The notes under the pieces were generated by a model. That model worked only from the letters and a program-made list of their open reading frames with translations. It searched no databases and was not told where the DNA came from. Below, one piece after another: positions 9,385-18,321 of a stretch of 37,493 nt of DNA. The stretch's first letter is position 1. Every line of letters starts with the position of its first letter. Made by a program: the position numbers and the translations under genes. The DNA is taken from sequence record SRR31156797_11137. The stretch is one strand, 5' to 3'.

Positions 9385-11517
9385 ATGGATATTCATCAAA
9401 AAATTCGATTTTCGCCGATTTCCTTGGCGTTGATCGCCGCTTTTTGTGCACCGACTGCACATGCTCAAGATCAGAACAGCACTAAGGTAGAGACGGTTAC
9501 CATACTTGGACAAACGTATCGCAATACAGCGACGAAAACTGCGTTAGAGCCAGATGAAACACCTCAAGGTATCTCTGTTATTGAAGGAGAACAACTTGAG
9601 CAGAGAGGTGTGACTTCGCTGGGGCAAGCGTTACGGTATGCTCCGGGAGTAGTGACGGAAACCAAAGGTGGTGCTGTGACCATGTACGATAACTTTTACG
9701 TACGTGGGTTTCGCATCGATCAAACGTATTATGATGGTGTGGTACTTCAGTATCTGAAGAACTGGAATTTACAGCCACAGATCGATCCCATTGCCATTCA
9801 GCAGGTCGAAGTGTTTAAAGGTCCTACGTCGGTTTTGTATGGCTCAATGCCGCCGGGTGGCATGATCAACAGTATTGCAAAGTCACCACAGCAAGAAGGT
9901 CACACTGAAATTTCGGCTTCAACGGGTTCGCGAAATCTACAGCAAGTGAGCTTAGATACTACGGGTCAATTGGGTAATAGTGATGTTACCTATCGTCTTA
10001 TCGCTAAGGCTAGAAAACAGGATGGACAGGTAGAAGGGACGGAAGAAGAGCGTTACCTCATCGCCCCTTCTTTAGATTGGCAGGTGACCGATAGTACGCT
10101 GATTAACTTCAACATGTATTATCAAAACGACCCAGCAATGGGAATGAACTCATCATTACCGCTTGCTGCTATTACCAATGGGTCAACCAATCCGTCGACA
10201 TTCGCGGGAGACGTAAACTGGAGTAACTTTGAGCGCGAAATTATGATGCTGGGCTACAAGATCCAACATCAGTTCAACAGCGAGTGGAGCTTTTTACAGA
10301 ACTTCCGCTATACCGATGCTTCTTTGTATCAGGAAAATACCTATCATTCGTCCGCCGGTTTTGATCAAGCCACTGGCCAATTATCTCGTAACATCTATTC
10401 GACAGAAGAAGAATATCAAGGCGTTGTGATAGATAACCAGCTATCAGGCGTCATTAACTGGGGAGCGGTTGAGCATAATTTGTTGGTGGGTTTAGATTAC
10501 CAAACGTTAAGTGGTGACTCTTTATATAAAACCTATTCGACAAGTGATGCTGGCTTTGGTGTGTTCAATATTTATAGTGCGAACAACAATCTACTCAACC
10601 GTAATAATGTCAGTGAAACTTATGCTGGGAACACTGAGATTGAAGTTGATCAGCTCGGGGGTTATTTCCAAGATCAACTCCGTTGGAATCAATGGGTATT
10701 GATAGCAGGTGCGCGAGTCGATAATTACAAAAGCTCCAGTGGTGCTTCAGGCAGTTACTCTGAAGCTGACGTTAGTGAATTTTCTTATCGTATAGGAGCG
10801 CTTTACCAGTTTGATTCAGGTATCGCGCCGTTTATGAATTATGCAACCAGTTTCTATCCGTTAGCTGGCGAGTCATCTTTCGGTGAACCGTTTGAACCAG
10901 AGACCGGTGAACAAATCGAGGTCGGGGTTAAGTACTTATCTGCGGATATGAGTAAACAACTCACAACATCTGTTTACCAAATAGTGAAAAGCAATGTGGT
11001 GATTACAGACCCTTCTTCTGCCAATTATCAGGATGATTTACAAGTTGGGGAGGTTCGTTCTCAGGGTATAGAAGTTGAAGGTCGCTGGTGGTTGAGTCCA
11101 AACTGGGATGTATCTGCAAGTTACACCTACGCCGATGTTGAAGTTACTGAAGACAATACCAATGGCTTGCAAGGAACGACCCCAATATACGTACCAAAAC
11201 ATGCTGCCACAATCTGGTCAAATTACGATATAGAACAGGGTGTTTTGCAAGGGGCGAGCATTGCCGGTGGTGTACGTTACGTGGGAGAAATGTACATGGA
11301 TGCAACCAACACTGAGGGGAAAGTTTCTGACTACACGGTTACCGATCTATCTCTGGGCTATCAACTTGGCAGTTTAAGTGAGTCTCTGGATGGTGCCAAA
11401 GCTGATTTAATCGTCAGTAACTTGTTTGATGATGAATACTATACTTGTTATGACAGTGCGAACTGTTGGTATGGTGCTGAAAGAACGGTCGAGCTTAAAG
11501 TGAACTACGAGTTTTAA
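9385..11517 (+). CDS. TonB-dependent hydroxamate siderophore receptor (FhuA/FoxA/DesA-like)
   Basis: Start moved to ATG 9385 (signal peptide ending AHA); TonB-box-like ETVTILG, plug motifs ETPQGISVI, ALRYAPGV, VEVFKGPTSVLYG; NLFD..Y..C.....CWYG; C-terminal Phe. Ferrioxamine specificity is inferred from context only. Confidence 0.9.
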   Translation: MDIHQKIRFSPISLALIAAFCAPTAHAQDQNSTKVETVTILGQTYRNTATKTALEPDETPQGISVIEGEQLEQRGVTSLGQALRYAPGVVTETKGGAVTMYDNFYVRGFRIDQTYYDGVVLQYLKNWNLQPQIDPIAIQQVEVFKGPTSVLYGSMPPGGMINSIAKSPQQEGHTEISASTGSRNLQQVSLDTTGQLGNSDVTYRLIAKARKQDGQVEGTEEERYLIAPSLDWQVTDSTLINFNMYYQNDPAMGMNSSLPLAAITNGSTNPSTFAGDVNWSNFEREIMMLGYKIQHQFNSEWSFLQNFRYTDASLYQENTYHSSAGFDQATGQLSRNIYSTEEEYQGVVIDNQLSGVINWGAVEHNLLVGLDYQTLSGDSLYKTYSTSDAGFGVFNIYSANNNLLNRNNVSETYAGNTEIEVDQLGGYFQDQLRWNQWVLIAGARVDNYKSSSGASGSYSEADVSEFSYRIGALYQFDSGIAPFMNYATSFYPLAGESSFGEPFEPETGEQIEVGVKYLSADMSKQLTTSVYQIVKSNVVITDPSSANYQDDLQVGEVRSQGIEVEGRWWLSPNWDVSASYTYADVEVTEDNTNGLQGTTPIYVPKHAATIWSNYDIEQGVLQGASIAGGVRYVGEMYMDATNTEGKVSDYTVTDLSLGYQLGSLSESLDGAKADLIVSNLFDDEYYTCYDSANCWYGAERTVELKVNYEF

Positions 11518-11545
11518 AGTCACGTACTGAGTGTACCCATCGACT

Positions 11546-11576
11546 AAAAATGCCCGGCAATGTGTCGGGCATTTTT
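11546..11576 (+). terminator. Intrinsic terminator after the receptor gene
   Basis: AAAAATGCCCGGCA-ATG-TGTCGGGCATTTTT. Confidence 0.85.
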
Positions 11577-11770
11577 ATGATTAACCCAACCTTAACTTCT
11601 CTCACTTTAAGCTATTGATGAAGGTGGAAAATCCGACATTTTTAAGTGGATAAATAAACAGCACTATTGAGATGGTTAAGAAGTGATATTCTTGTCAGCA
11701 CAAGTGGTGAAAATGCTTTGTCCACGGGTGTCTATTTAGTTCTGAGAGTCATGATGGTTAGGTTTGGGAA

Positions 11771-12448
11771 ATGTTAAAAGCTCTATTGGTAGAAGATGAT
11801 TTAGATCTGGCTACTGCACTCATTGATTATATGTCGTTGGAAGATATCGATTGTGACTATGCGGCTGATGGTCAGGTTGGCTATAACCTGATTATGTCTC
11901 ATCGTTACGATGTCATTATTCTAGATCTTAACTTACCCAGAATTGAAGGGTTGGCTGTCTGCGAACGAATCCGAAACGATGGCATTGAAACGCCGGTATT
12001 GATGCTCACAGCGAGAGACACGTTGGATGACAAACTTACGGGGTTCCGTAAAGGTGCTGATGATTACCTAATAAAGCCATTTGCGATGGAAGAGTTGCTT
12101 GCCAGAATCAAAGTGTTAGCGAAACGTCGCAGTGGACAGGTGACCAAGTTATCGGTTGCCGATCTTGAGCTTGATCTGAGCCAACGCCAGGCATACCGAG
12201 CAGGAGTCGCACTTAAACTGTCACCCATCGCTTTAAAAATCCTTGAAGTGTTGATGAGAGATTACCCTTCAGGTGTTTCAAGAGAGAAAATGACACAAGC
12301 CATCTGGGGGGATGAACAACCAGATAGTAATAGCCTTAAAGTTCATATTTTTAATTTACGAAAACAGGTTGATCAAAATGAAATGAAGCCATTAATTCAT
12401 ACCATTGCTGGCTTTGGTTTTGCGATTGCGGTTCAGGATGAGTTATGA
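11771..12448 (+). CDS. OmpR/PhoB family response regulator
   Basis: LLVEDD, ILDLNLP (phospho-Asp), LMLTARD, GADDYLIKPF, winged helix LKVHIFNLRK...IHTIAGFG. Confidence 0.93.
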   Translation: MLKALLVEDDLDLATALIDYMSLEDIDCDYAADGQVGYNLIMSHRYDVIILDLNLPRIEGLAVCERIRNDGIETPVLMLTARDTLDDKLTGFRKGADDYLIKPFAMEELLARIKVLAKRRSGQVTKLSVADLELDLSQRQAYRAGVALKLSPIALKILEVLMRDYPSGVSREKMTQAIWGDEQPDSNSLKVHIFNLRKQVDQNEMKPLIHTIAGFGFAIAVQDEL

Positions 12449-13713
12449 AAATACGCCGTAGTTTAAAAATTTTCATTTTGTGCGCCATTATGGGGATGGC
12501 GACACTGATGGTATTAGGGTTTTCCGCTCTGACTGCTAACTATTTTGAAAAAGGCCTAGATGGCGGTATTCGGATTACAATGCATGATATCGGTCGGTAT
12601 ACCGACGTGCAGTCTTTGGGGCCAGAAACGGTATTGGGGTTTCAGGTTGCGCATAAATGGGAAGATGTACAACCGGACGTTAGAAACGTCTTTAGTCAAC
12701 CAGCTAAGCATCTGGATTTTATTAAAAGAATCGAGCGTGATGGTTGGCTTTCTGAGCCTAAAAGAGCATTTTTCTTAATGCGATACGATCACCATTCAGG
12801 CGATGTCATCTATATCTCTCGAATTATTAACGACTCAGAAGTGGCTGAACTCAGCAAGCAAATTAATAAGGGGGAGCTGCCCCATGAGTGCCAGATATTG
12901 GGCTATGCAGCGATCGGCTTAGGATTGTTTGCCGTATGTATGCTTTTGGTCATGCAAATGGTCGCTAAACCGATTGAGCGTTTGGCTAAATGGGCAAAAA
13001 CACTGACACCTTGCCAGTTGCATTATCCTCTGCCCGATTTTCATTACAACGAGTTAAACAGACTGGCCACTATTGTTAAAAATAGCCTCTCATCGGTGGA
13101 AGACAGCTTACGACGAGAGCATAAGTTTCTCGCCCATGCCAGCCATGAACTGCGTACACCGATAGCGGTGGTGAGAAGTAATACCGAACTGATGGCTAAG
13201 TTGCTTGATAAGCCGAACTCACTCGCTAAGCAAAAAGAGGTTTTGGAACGTATTCTTCGCGCGGGCGTCACGATGACTGATTTGTGTGAAACATTGTTAT
13301 GGCTTAATCGAGGACAGGAGAGTGAGTTACCTGAATCTGAGATTGCGCTTGGAGATTTGGTTAAGCAAATTAGCCATGAACTCAATTACTTAATCAAGGA
13401 CAAAGCGGTCACGGTAGAAATAAAGGTCACGTCCGATAAGTATACCTTGCCTGTGACACTGTGCCGAATTGTGTTGAGTAACCTTATTCGTAATGCCTAT
13501 CAGCACACCATGAGCGGAAAGGTGACTATTGAACAAGTCGGCAGTAAGGTCTCCATTGTGAATTACGATGAAAGTCTAGGAGATACTCAAGATCAGTTGG
13601 GCTTTGGTTTAGGTTTGGAACTGACACACAGAATCATACGTCACTACAATTGGAAATTTAATATCGAAGAGTATGTACAAGGGCGTGATGTATTAATCGA
13701 TTTCTATAAATAA
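12445..13713 (+). CDS. Membrane sensor histidine kinase
   Basis: Two TM segments, H-box ASHELRTP, N-box NLIRNA, G2 GFGLGL; ATGA overlap with the regulator. Confidence 0.9.
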   Translation: MKIRRSLKIFILCAIMGMATLMVLGFSALTANYFEKGLDGGIRITMHDIGRYTDVQSLGPETVLGFQVAHKWEDVQPDVRNVFSQPAKHLDFIKRIERDGWLSEPKRAFFLMRYDHHSGDVIYISRIINDSEVAELSKQINKGELPHECQILGYAAIGLGLFAVCMLLVMQMVAKPIERLAKWAKTLTPCQLHYPLPDFHYNELNRLATIVKNSLSSVEDSLRREHKFLAHASHELRTPIAVVRSNTELMAKLLDKPNSLAKQKEVLERILRAGVTMTDLCETLLWLNRGQESELPESEIALGDLVKQISHELNYLIKDKAVTVEIKVTSDKYTLPVTLCRIVLSNLIRNAYQHTMSGKVTIEQVGSKVSIVNYDESLGDTQDQLGFGLGLELTHRIIRHYNWKFNIEEYVQGRDVLIDFYK

Positions 13714-13748
13714 AAAATTGGCCACTCATATTAGTATGAGTGGCCAAT
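13712..13748 (-). terminator. Terminator between the convergent kinase and scrA genes
   Basis: Perfect 14-bp stem ATTGGCCACTCATA-TTAG-TATGAGTGGCCAAT, T-run on the minus strand. Confidence 0.85.
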
Positions 13749-13773
13749 GAAATGAGCGTAATAATAGGGGGAA

Positions 13774-15213
13774 TTACGCTACTGCCTGAGCACCTTGTTT
13801 TGCTTTGTTACGCATGCCAAGTAGCATAGTCATGCCGAAAGCCACTGCGAATGAGATAACCATACCAATCACGTAGTAAGTAATCTTCTCTGGATTGATT
13901 GAGATAATGCCAGGAAGACCCGCTGCACCCAAAGCTTGAGCTTTAACGTTAAACAGCGTTATGAATGCACTGGATACTGCCGCACCTGTAATGGCTGCGA
14001 TAAATGGGTAGCGCAGCTTAAGGTTTACACCAAACATTGCAGGTTCAGTAATACCCAGTAGCGCGGTAATACCCGATGGCACAGCAATACCTTTAAGTTT
14101 AATATCTTTAGTACTAAAGCCGACGGCAAGTGATGCTGCACCTTGAGCAACGTTAGACATGGCTGCGATAGGGAAGATAAATGTTCCGCCAGTGACTGCG
14201 ATATCTGCCAGTAACTGAGTTTCGATAGCAATAAAGCTGTGGTGCATGCCGGTAATAACAAACGGTGCATAGATGAAGCCAAATAGTGCGCCGCCAATGA
14301 AACCAGCCGAGTCATATAGCCAGTTCAAGCCATCACCGAGCATAAAGCCAACATCGCGAGTAATCGGGCCAACTATAGTAAAGGTTAGGAAACCGGTAAT
14401 GAAAATGGCCAGCATTGGCGTTAATAAGTTATCCAATACAGACGGGATAAACTTACGTAATCCGTTCTCAACTTTCGCCAGAATAAACGCAGAAACTAAT
14501 ACCGGTAAGACCGAACCCTGATAACCGACTTTCTGAATTTCTAACCCTAATATGTTCCATGTTGGGACCGTTCCGGATACCGAAGCACTGCCAAAACCCC
14601 AGCCATTCAATAGGTCTGGGTGAACCATTAACATACCTAAAGCCGCACCCAGGAATGGGTTACCGCCAAATTTACGAGAAGCAGAAAAAGCTAGTAATAC
14701 CGGAAGGTATACAAAAGGGGCGTTAGCAAAAGTGTTGATCATGCTAGCGAGATCTGCCAATCCTGGGTTTGCATCAATCAGTGATTGCCCATCAATAAAC
14801 AGTCCTTTCGCGGTCAACACATTGAACAGGCCCATTAACAAACCGCCAGCGACAATTGCCGGGATGATAGGAACGAAAATGTCTGATAAGCCTTTTACTG
14901 CGCGCTGAACAATGTTTTGTTTCTCTGCGCCAGCAGCGGCAACGTCGTTGGTCGACATTTCTGCCATACCAGTCAGCTTCGCCATTTCAGCGTAGACTTG
15001 ATTCACAATGCCCGATCCAAAAATAATCTGGTATTGGCCAGCGACTTTGAATTGGCCTTTAACCCCATCAAGCTCGCCGATTGCTTCTTCATTGATAAGA
15101 CTTTCATTTTTCACTGCCAAGCGCAGACGTGTAGCACAGTGCGCTAACGCTTGAATATTGGATTGACCGCCTAAGTGGTCGAGAAGTTGTTTTGCTATGA
15201 CTGGATAGTTCAT
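13774..15213 (-). CDS. scrA: PTS sucrose-specific EIIBC component
   Basis: EIIB phospho-Cys motif HCATRLR, EIIC motifs ITGMHH and GITEPAMFGVNL; clustered with a GH32 and a fructokinase. Confidence 0.95.
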   Translation of the reverse strand: MNYPVIAKQLLDHLGGQSNIQALAHCATRLRLAVKNESLINEEAIGELDGVKGQFKVAGQYQIIFGSGIVNQVYAEMAKLTGMAEMSTNDVAAAGAEKQNIVQRAVKGLSDIFVPIIPAIVAGGLLMGLFNVLTAKGLFIDGQSLIDANPGLADLASMINTFANAPFVYLPVLLAFSASRKFGGNPFLGAALGMLMVHPDLLNGWGFGSASVSGTVPTWNILGLEIQKVGYQGSVLPVLVSAFILAKVENGLRKFIPSVLDNLLTPMLAIFITGFLTFTIVGPITRDVGFMLGDGLNWLYDSAGFIGGALFGFIYAPFVITGMHHSFIAIETQLLADIAVTGGTFIFPIAAMSNVAQGAASLAVGFSTKDIKLKGIAVPSGITALLGITEPAMFGVNLKLRYPFIAAITGAAVSSAFITLFNVKAQALGAAGLPGIISINPEKITYYVIGMVISFAVAFGMTMLLGMRNKAKQGAQAVA

Positions 15214-15271
15214 AACTCACCCCGGTTCATGTTCGTAATTAGTATAGTTAAAAAACAGTTCAAAATTGTAT

Positions 15272-15291
15272 TTTTGGGAACGTTTGCAAAA
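15272..15291. promoter_or_regulatory. Putative ScrR operator (scrA/scrR)
   Basis: TTTTGGGAAC|GTTTGCAAAA, LacI-type palindrome; related copies precede scrB and scrK. Confidence 0.75.
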
Positions 15292-15340
15292 TGGATTCTT
15301 GTTAAATTTTTCCTGATGGTCAAAACCCAACAGTGAATTA

Positions 15341-15356
15341 TGTGAGGACGATCGCC
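15341..15356. promoter_or_regulatory. Possible CRP site upstream of scrA
   Basis: TGTGA-GGACGA-TCGCC; one perfect half-site. Confidence 0.4.
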
Positions 15357-15464
15357 AAAAGTAGCGGCAGGAAGAACGAAAACAAGGTTAAAATCACGCT
15401 AAGCAAGATAAAAAAGAATGGTTGTTTGCAATCAATCCCAACGCGGTAGTGAATAAGGTGCTTT

Positions 15465-16451
15465 ATGGCAAGTTTGCATGATGTTGCAAGGCTTTCAGGT
15501 GTTTCTAAATCAACGGTATCTCGTGTTATTAATGACGAGTATGGTGTGAAAGAATCGACTAAAATCAAAGTCTTAAAAGCAGTTAAAGAGTGTGGTTACG
15601 TAGTCAATCAAGTTGCTAAAGACTTAAAGTCTCAGAAAACAAACTTAGTAGGTGTGATCGTTCCACGGGTAAGTTCACACGCGACCGCGCAAGGCGTCGA
15701 TGGGTTGACTGCAATATTTGAGCAGGCTGGTAAGCACGTGTTGCTTGCTAATACTCATCAAGTCCATGATAAAGAACTTGAATATATTCAGATATTTAAT
15801 CAGAAACGGGTTGAAGGTATTGTATTTTACGCTACCCATTTAGACGCGCCTTTGGTTAAAGCCATCCAGCAATCTCATGTGCCTGTTGTTCTGATAGGGC
15901 AAGACGGCTCTCTACATAACATCCCAAGTGTCGTGCATGATGATACTAGAGTGGGTTTTGAAGCGGGTAACCGATTAGTCGCAGCGGGCTGCAAAAACAT
16001 AGGTTTTATTGGCGTTCAAAGTGACGATATAGCGGTTGATGTTCAGCGTTCTCAAGGGCTGGAGCAGTCTTTAGCTTTCCATCAGCAATCTATTCTTTTT
16101 CATGTACACGGCGATTTTTCTATTGAATCTGGCTACCAACTGGCGAAAGAGCAGTTAGAAGCTTACCCACAAATGGATGGACTATTCTGTGCAACAGACC
16201 GAATAGCGCTAGGGGCAATGAAAGCACTTGTTGAAAATGGCATAAAAGTTGGTGAGCAGGTTAAAGTTCTCGGGGTGGGGAATGATGAACTCTCTTCTGT
16301 CACTACGCCAAGTCTGTCAACGTTTAACTATGCTTTTGATAAGGCGGGAGAAAATGCGGCTAAAATGTTGCTGGAACGTATTGCCGGTAAGGGGCACGAG
16401 ATGAGTAAAGTTGTCCTTACCTTCCAAAATATAGACCGAGAAACCTGTTAA
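15465..16451 (+). CDS. scrR: LacI family sucrose repressor
   Basis: SLHDVARLSGVSKSTVSRVIN HTH plus sugar-binding fold; lies within the scr genes. Confidence 0.92.
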   Translation: MASLHDVARLSGVSKSTVSRVINDEYGVKESTKIKVLKAVKECGYVVNQVAKDLKSQKTNLVGVIVPRVSSHATAQGVDGLTAIFEQAGKHVLLANTHQVHDKELEYIQIFNQKRVEGIVFYATHLDAPLVKAIQQSHVPVVLIGQDGSLHNIPSVVHDDTRVGFEAGNRLVAAGCKNIGFIGVQSDDIAVDVQRSQGLEQSLAFHQQSILFHVHGDFSIESGYQLAKEQLEAYPQMDGLFCATDRIALGAMKALVENGIKVGEQVKVLGVGNDELSSVTTPSLSTFNYAFDKAGENAAKMLLERIAGKGHEMSKVVLTFQNIDRETC

Positions 16452-16488
16452 TTTCCCCTGGTTGTTGAGCTTCTCAGCTACGGCATTG

Positions 16489-16504
16489 TGTGCCGAACTT
16501 CACA
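16489..16504. promoter_or_regulatory. Putative CRP site upstream of scrB
   Basis: TGTGC-CGAACT-TCACA, 9/10 core positions. Confidence 0.5.
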
Positions 16505-16568
16505 TTAAACCGACTCAATAAGGTGAGTGTTTGCTTAAATACTTGCTTATTGAGTGGTTGTTTATTAT

Positions 16569-16588
16569 TTTTGAGAACGTTCCCGAAA
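16569..16588. promoter_or_regulatory. Putative ScrR operator (scrB)
   Basis: TTTTGAGAAC|GTTCCCGAAA, 25 bp before the ATG. Confidence 0.8.
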
Positions 16589-16613
16589 TTAATTTTTTAT
16601 ATTAGGTAAGACC

Positions 16614-18245
16614 ATGTCTCTACAAACCCTTATCGATCTCGCAGGTGGCGTGAACAATGTTTTGCGAATTTTAGCTCCAGAGGAGCGTGTTGTTGTGGCG
16701 GTGAAAGACGCAACAGCCGTTGCTCCCTGTCCTGACTGGATTGAAGCAGAGTCGGTATTGGGTGAATGGCAGTTATCCATGCCTCGAGAAGAAGACATTT
16801 CGGATAAGGCGTTAGCCGAGCTTGGAGAAGAGATTGCTCAAATGCAGCGTCAACGTGCAACTAAATTTCTTCAACCAACAGAGTGTCCGCATCGTCCTCA
16901 ATGGCATATTTCGCCACCACAAGGTTTGTTGAATGACCCCAATGGGTTTATTTACCACGATGGTGAGTATCATATTTTCTATCAATGGTATCCGTACGGG
17001 TGTGAGCACAAAGATAAGTATTGGGTTCATCTAAAAAGCAGCGACTTACTGAACTGGGATTGGCAATCTATTGCTTTAACGCCATCAGACTGGTTTGACA
17101 GTCATGGTGTGTTCTCCGGGCATGCGGTCAGTCATGAAGGTGAGCTACTGCTTTACTACACAGGTAATACCCGATTGGGTCATGACCGTTACCGCCAAAC
17201 GATGCAGTGTGTTGCCCGTTTAAAAGATGACAACAGTTTTGAAAAACTGGGGCCAGTTATCCGTCAGCTTCCAGAAGACGTCACCGAGCATTTCCGTGAC
17301 CCTAAGATTATTAAGCATGACGATAAGTGGCACATGTTACTTGGCGCTCAGACTAAAGATTTACAAGGCAGACTTGCGGTTTACCATTCAAAAGATTTGA
17401 TGAACTGGGAGTTTGATTCCCTCTATGGTGACGAGTTGGCACCATTTGGTTACATGTGGGAGTGCCCAGATTGGTTTGAACTGGGTGGTTGCGAGTTTTT
17501 TGTCTTTGGCCCACAGGGTATCAAGTCGGATAACCCTAATCATACCATTGAGCACCAGAACCGAATCTTCAAATCTCATATTGATAAAGAGGGTAAGTTC
17601 CATTTGATTGAAGGTTGGCAATTGGATGCTGGCTTTGATTTTTACGCTCCCCAGTCGATGCAGACGCCTGATGGCAGAAGAGTGATGTGCGGTTGGATGG
17701 GATTGCCGGATGAAGTTGAGCATCCAAGTTGCGACAACGGCTGGATACATCAGTTAACCGTGCCAAGAGAGTTAAAGTGGGTCGATGGTCGAATTCTGCA
17801 AACGCCGATTGAAGAAATAGCGGTGTTGCGTGAAGAGACTCAAATTTTAAAGTTAGACTCGAATGGTATAGATATTGGTACTAAAAGCTTTGAGTTGCTG
17901 TTAACCCTTCCTTGGGATAGCGAGCTTGTTTTGATGGCGGATGAAGAGCACAGCGTCAAGATTGTGCTGGATTCTAAAACCGGAGTATTGCGCTTTGTTC
18001 GTTCCAATACGCTCATTCGTCAGGGCGATACGATAAGGGAACTTGATTTAAGCTCAGAGAAGGTTGAGCTGCAGATATTGGCTGATAACTCGTCACTAGA
18101 AATTTTTATCAACAATGGTGAGTTTGTCATGACAGGCCGTGTGTTTACTCCAGAGACAGCGACAAAAATATCAGTGAAGGGTGGGGAAGTCAGTGCAGAC
18201 TTTACCCCGCTTAAATCGACTCAATGGTCATTCGCCCCGCGTTAG
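16614..18245 (+). CDS. scrB: Sucrose-6-phosphate hydrolase (GH32) with an ~90 aa N-terminal extension
   Basis: GH32 catalytic motifs LLNDPNG, FRDP, MWECP; also DFYAPQS and DNSSLEIF. Confidence 0.93.
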   Translation: MSLQTLIDLAGGVNNVLRILAPEERVVVAVKDATAVAPCPDWIEAESVLGEWQLSMPREEDISDKALAELGEEIAQMQRQRATKFLQPTECPHRPQWHISPPQGLLNDPNGFIYHDGEYHIFYQWYPYGCEHKDKYWVHLKSSDLLNWDWQSIALTPSDWFDSHGVFSGHAVSHEGELLLYYTGNTRLGHDRYRQTMQCVARLKDDNSFEKLGPVIRQLPEDVTEHFRDPKIIKHDDKWHMLLGAQTKDLQGRLAVYHSKDLMNWEFDSLYGDELAPFGYMWECPDWFELGGCEFFVFGPQGIKSDNPNHTIEHQNRIFKSHIDKEGKFHLIEGWQLDAGFDFYAPQSMQTPDGRRVMCGWMGLPDEVEHPSCDNGWIHQLTVPRELKWVDGRILQTPIEEIAVLREETQILKLDSNGIDIGTKSFELLLTLPWDSELVLMADEEHSVKIVLDSKTGVLRFVRSNTLIRQGDTIRELDLSSEKVELQILADNSSLEIFINNGEFVMTGRVFTPETATKISVKGGEVSADFTPLKSTQWSFAPR

Positions 18246-18277
18246 AATTTAAAATCGCAGATATTAAAGCAGATGTT

Positions 18278-18306
18278 AAAAAGGTGAGCTAGAAGCTCAC
18301 CTTTTT
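18278..18306. terminator. Bidirectional terminator between scrB and scrK
   Basis: AAAAAGGTGAGCT-AGA-AGCTCACCTTTTT. Confidence 0.9.
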
Positions 18307-18321
18307 GCTTTTCTGTTGGTG

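Noticed and set aside
15338-15568. 76-aa hydrophobic-tailed ORF antisense to the scrR start
   Set aside because: Antisense to the LacI HTH; the hydrophobic tail reflects A-rich promoter DNA read in reverse.
17388-17766. Several 60-120 aa ORFs within scrB, and similar short ORFs inside vceAB, the kinase and ape genes
   Set aside because: Shadow ORFs on opposite strands or frames of well-supported genes, with no recognisable motifs.
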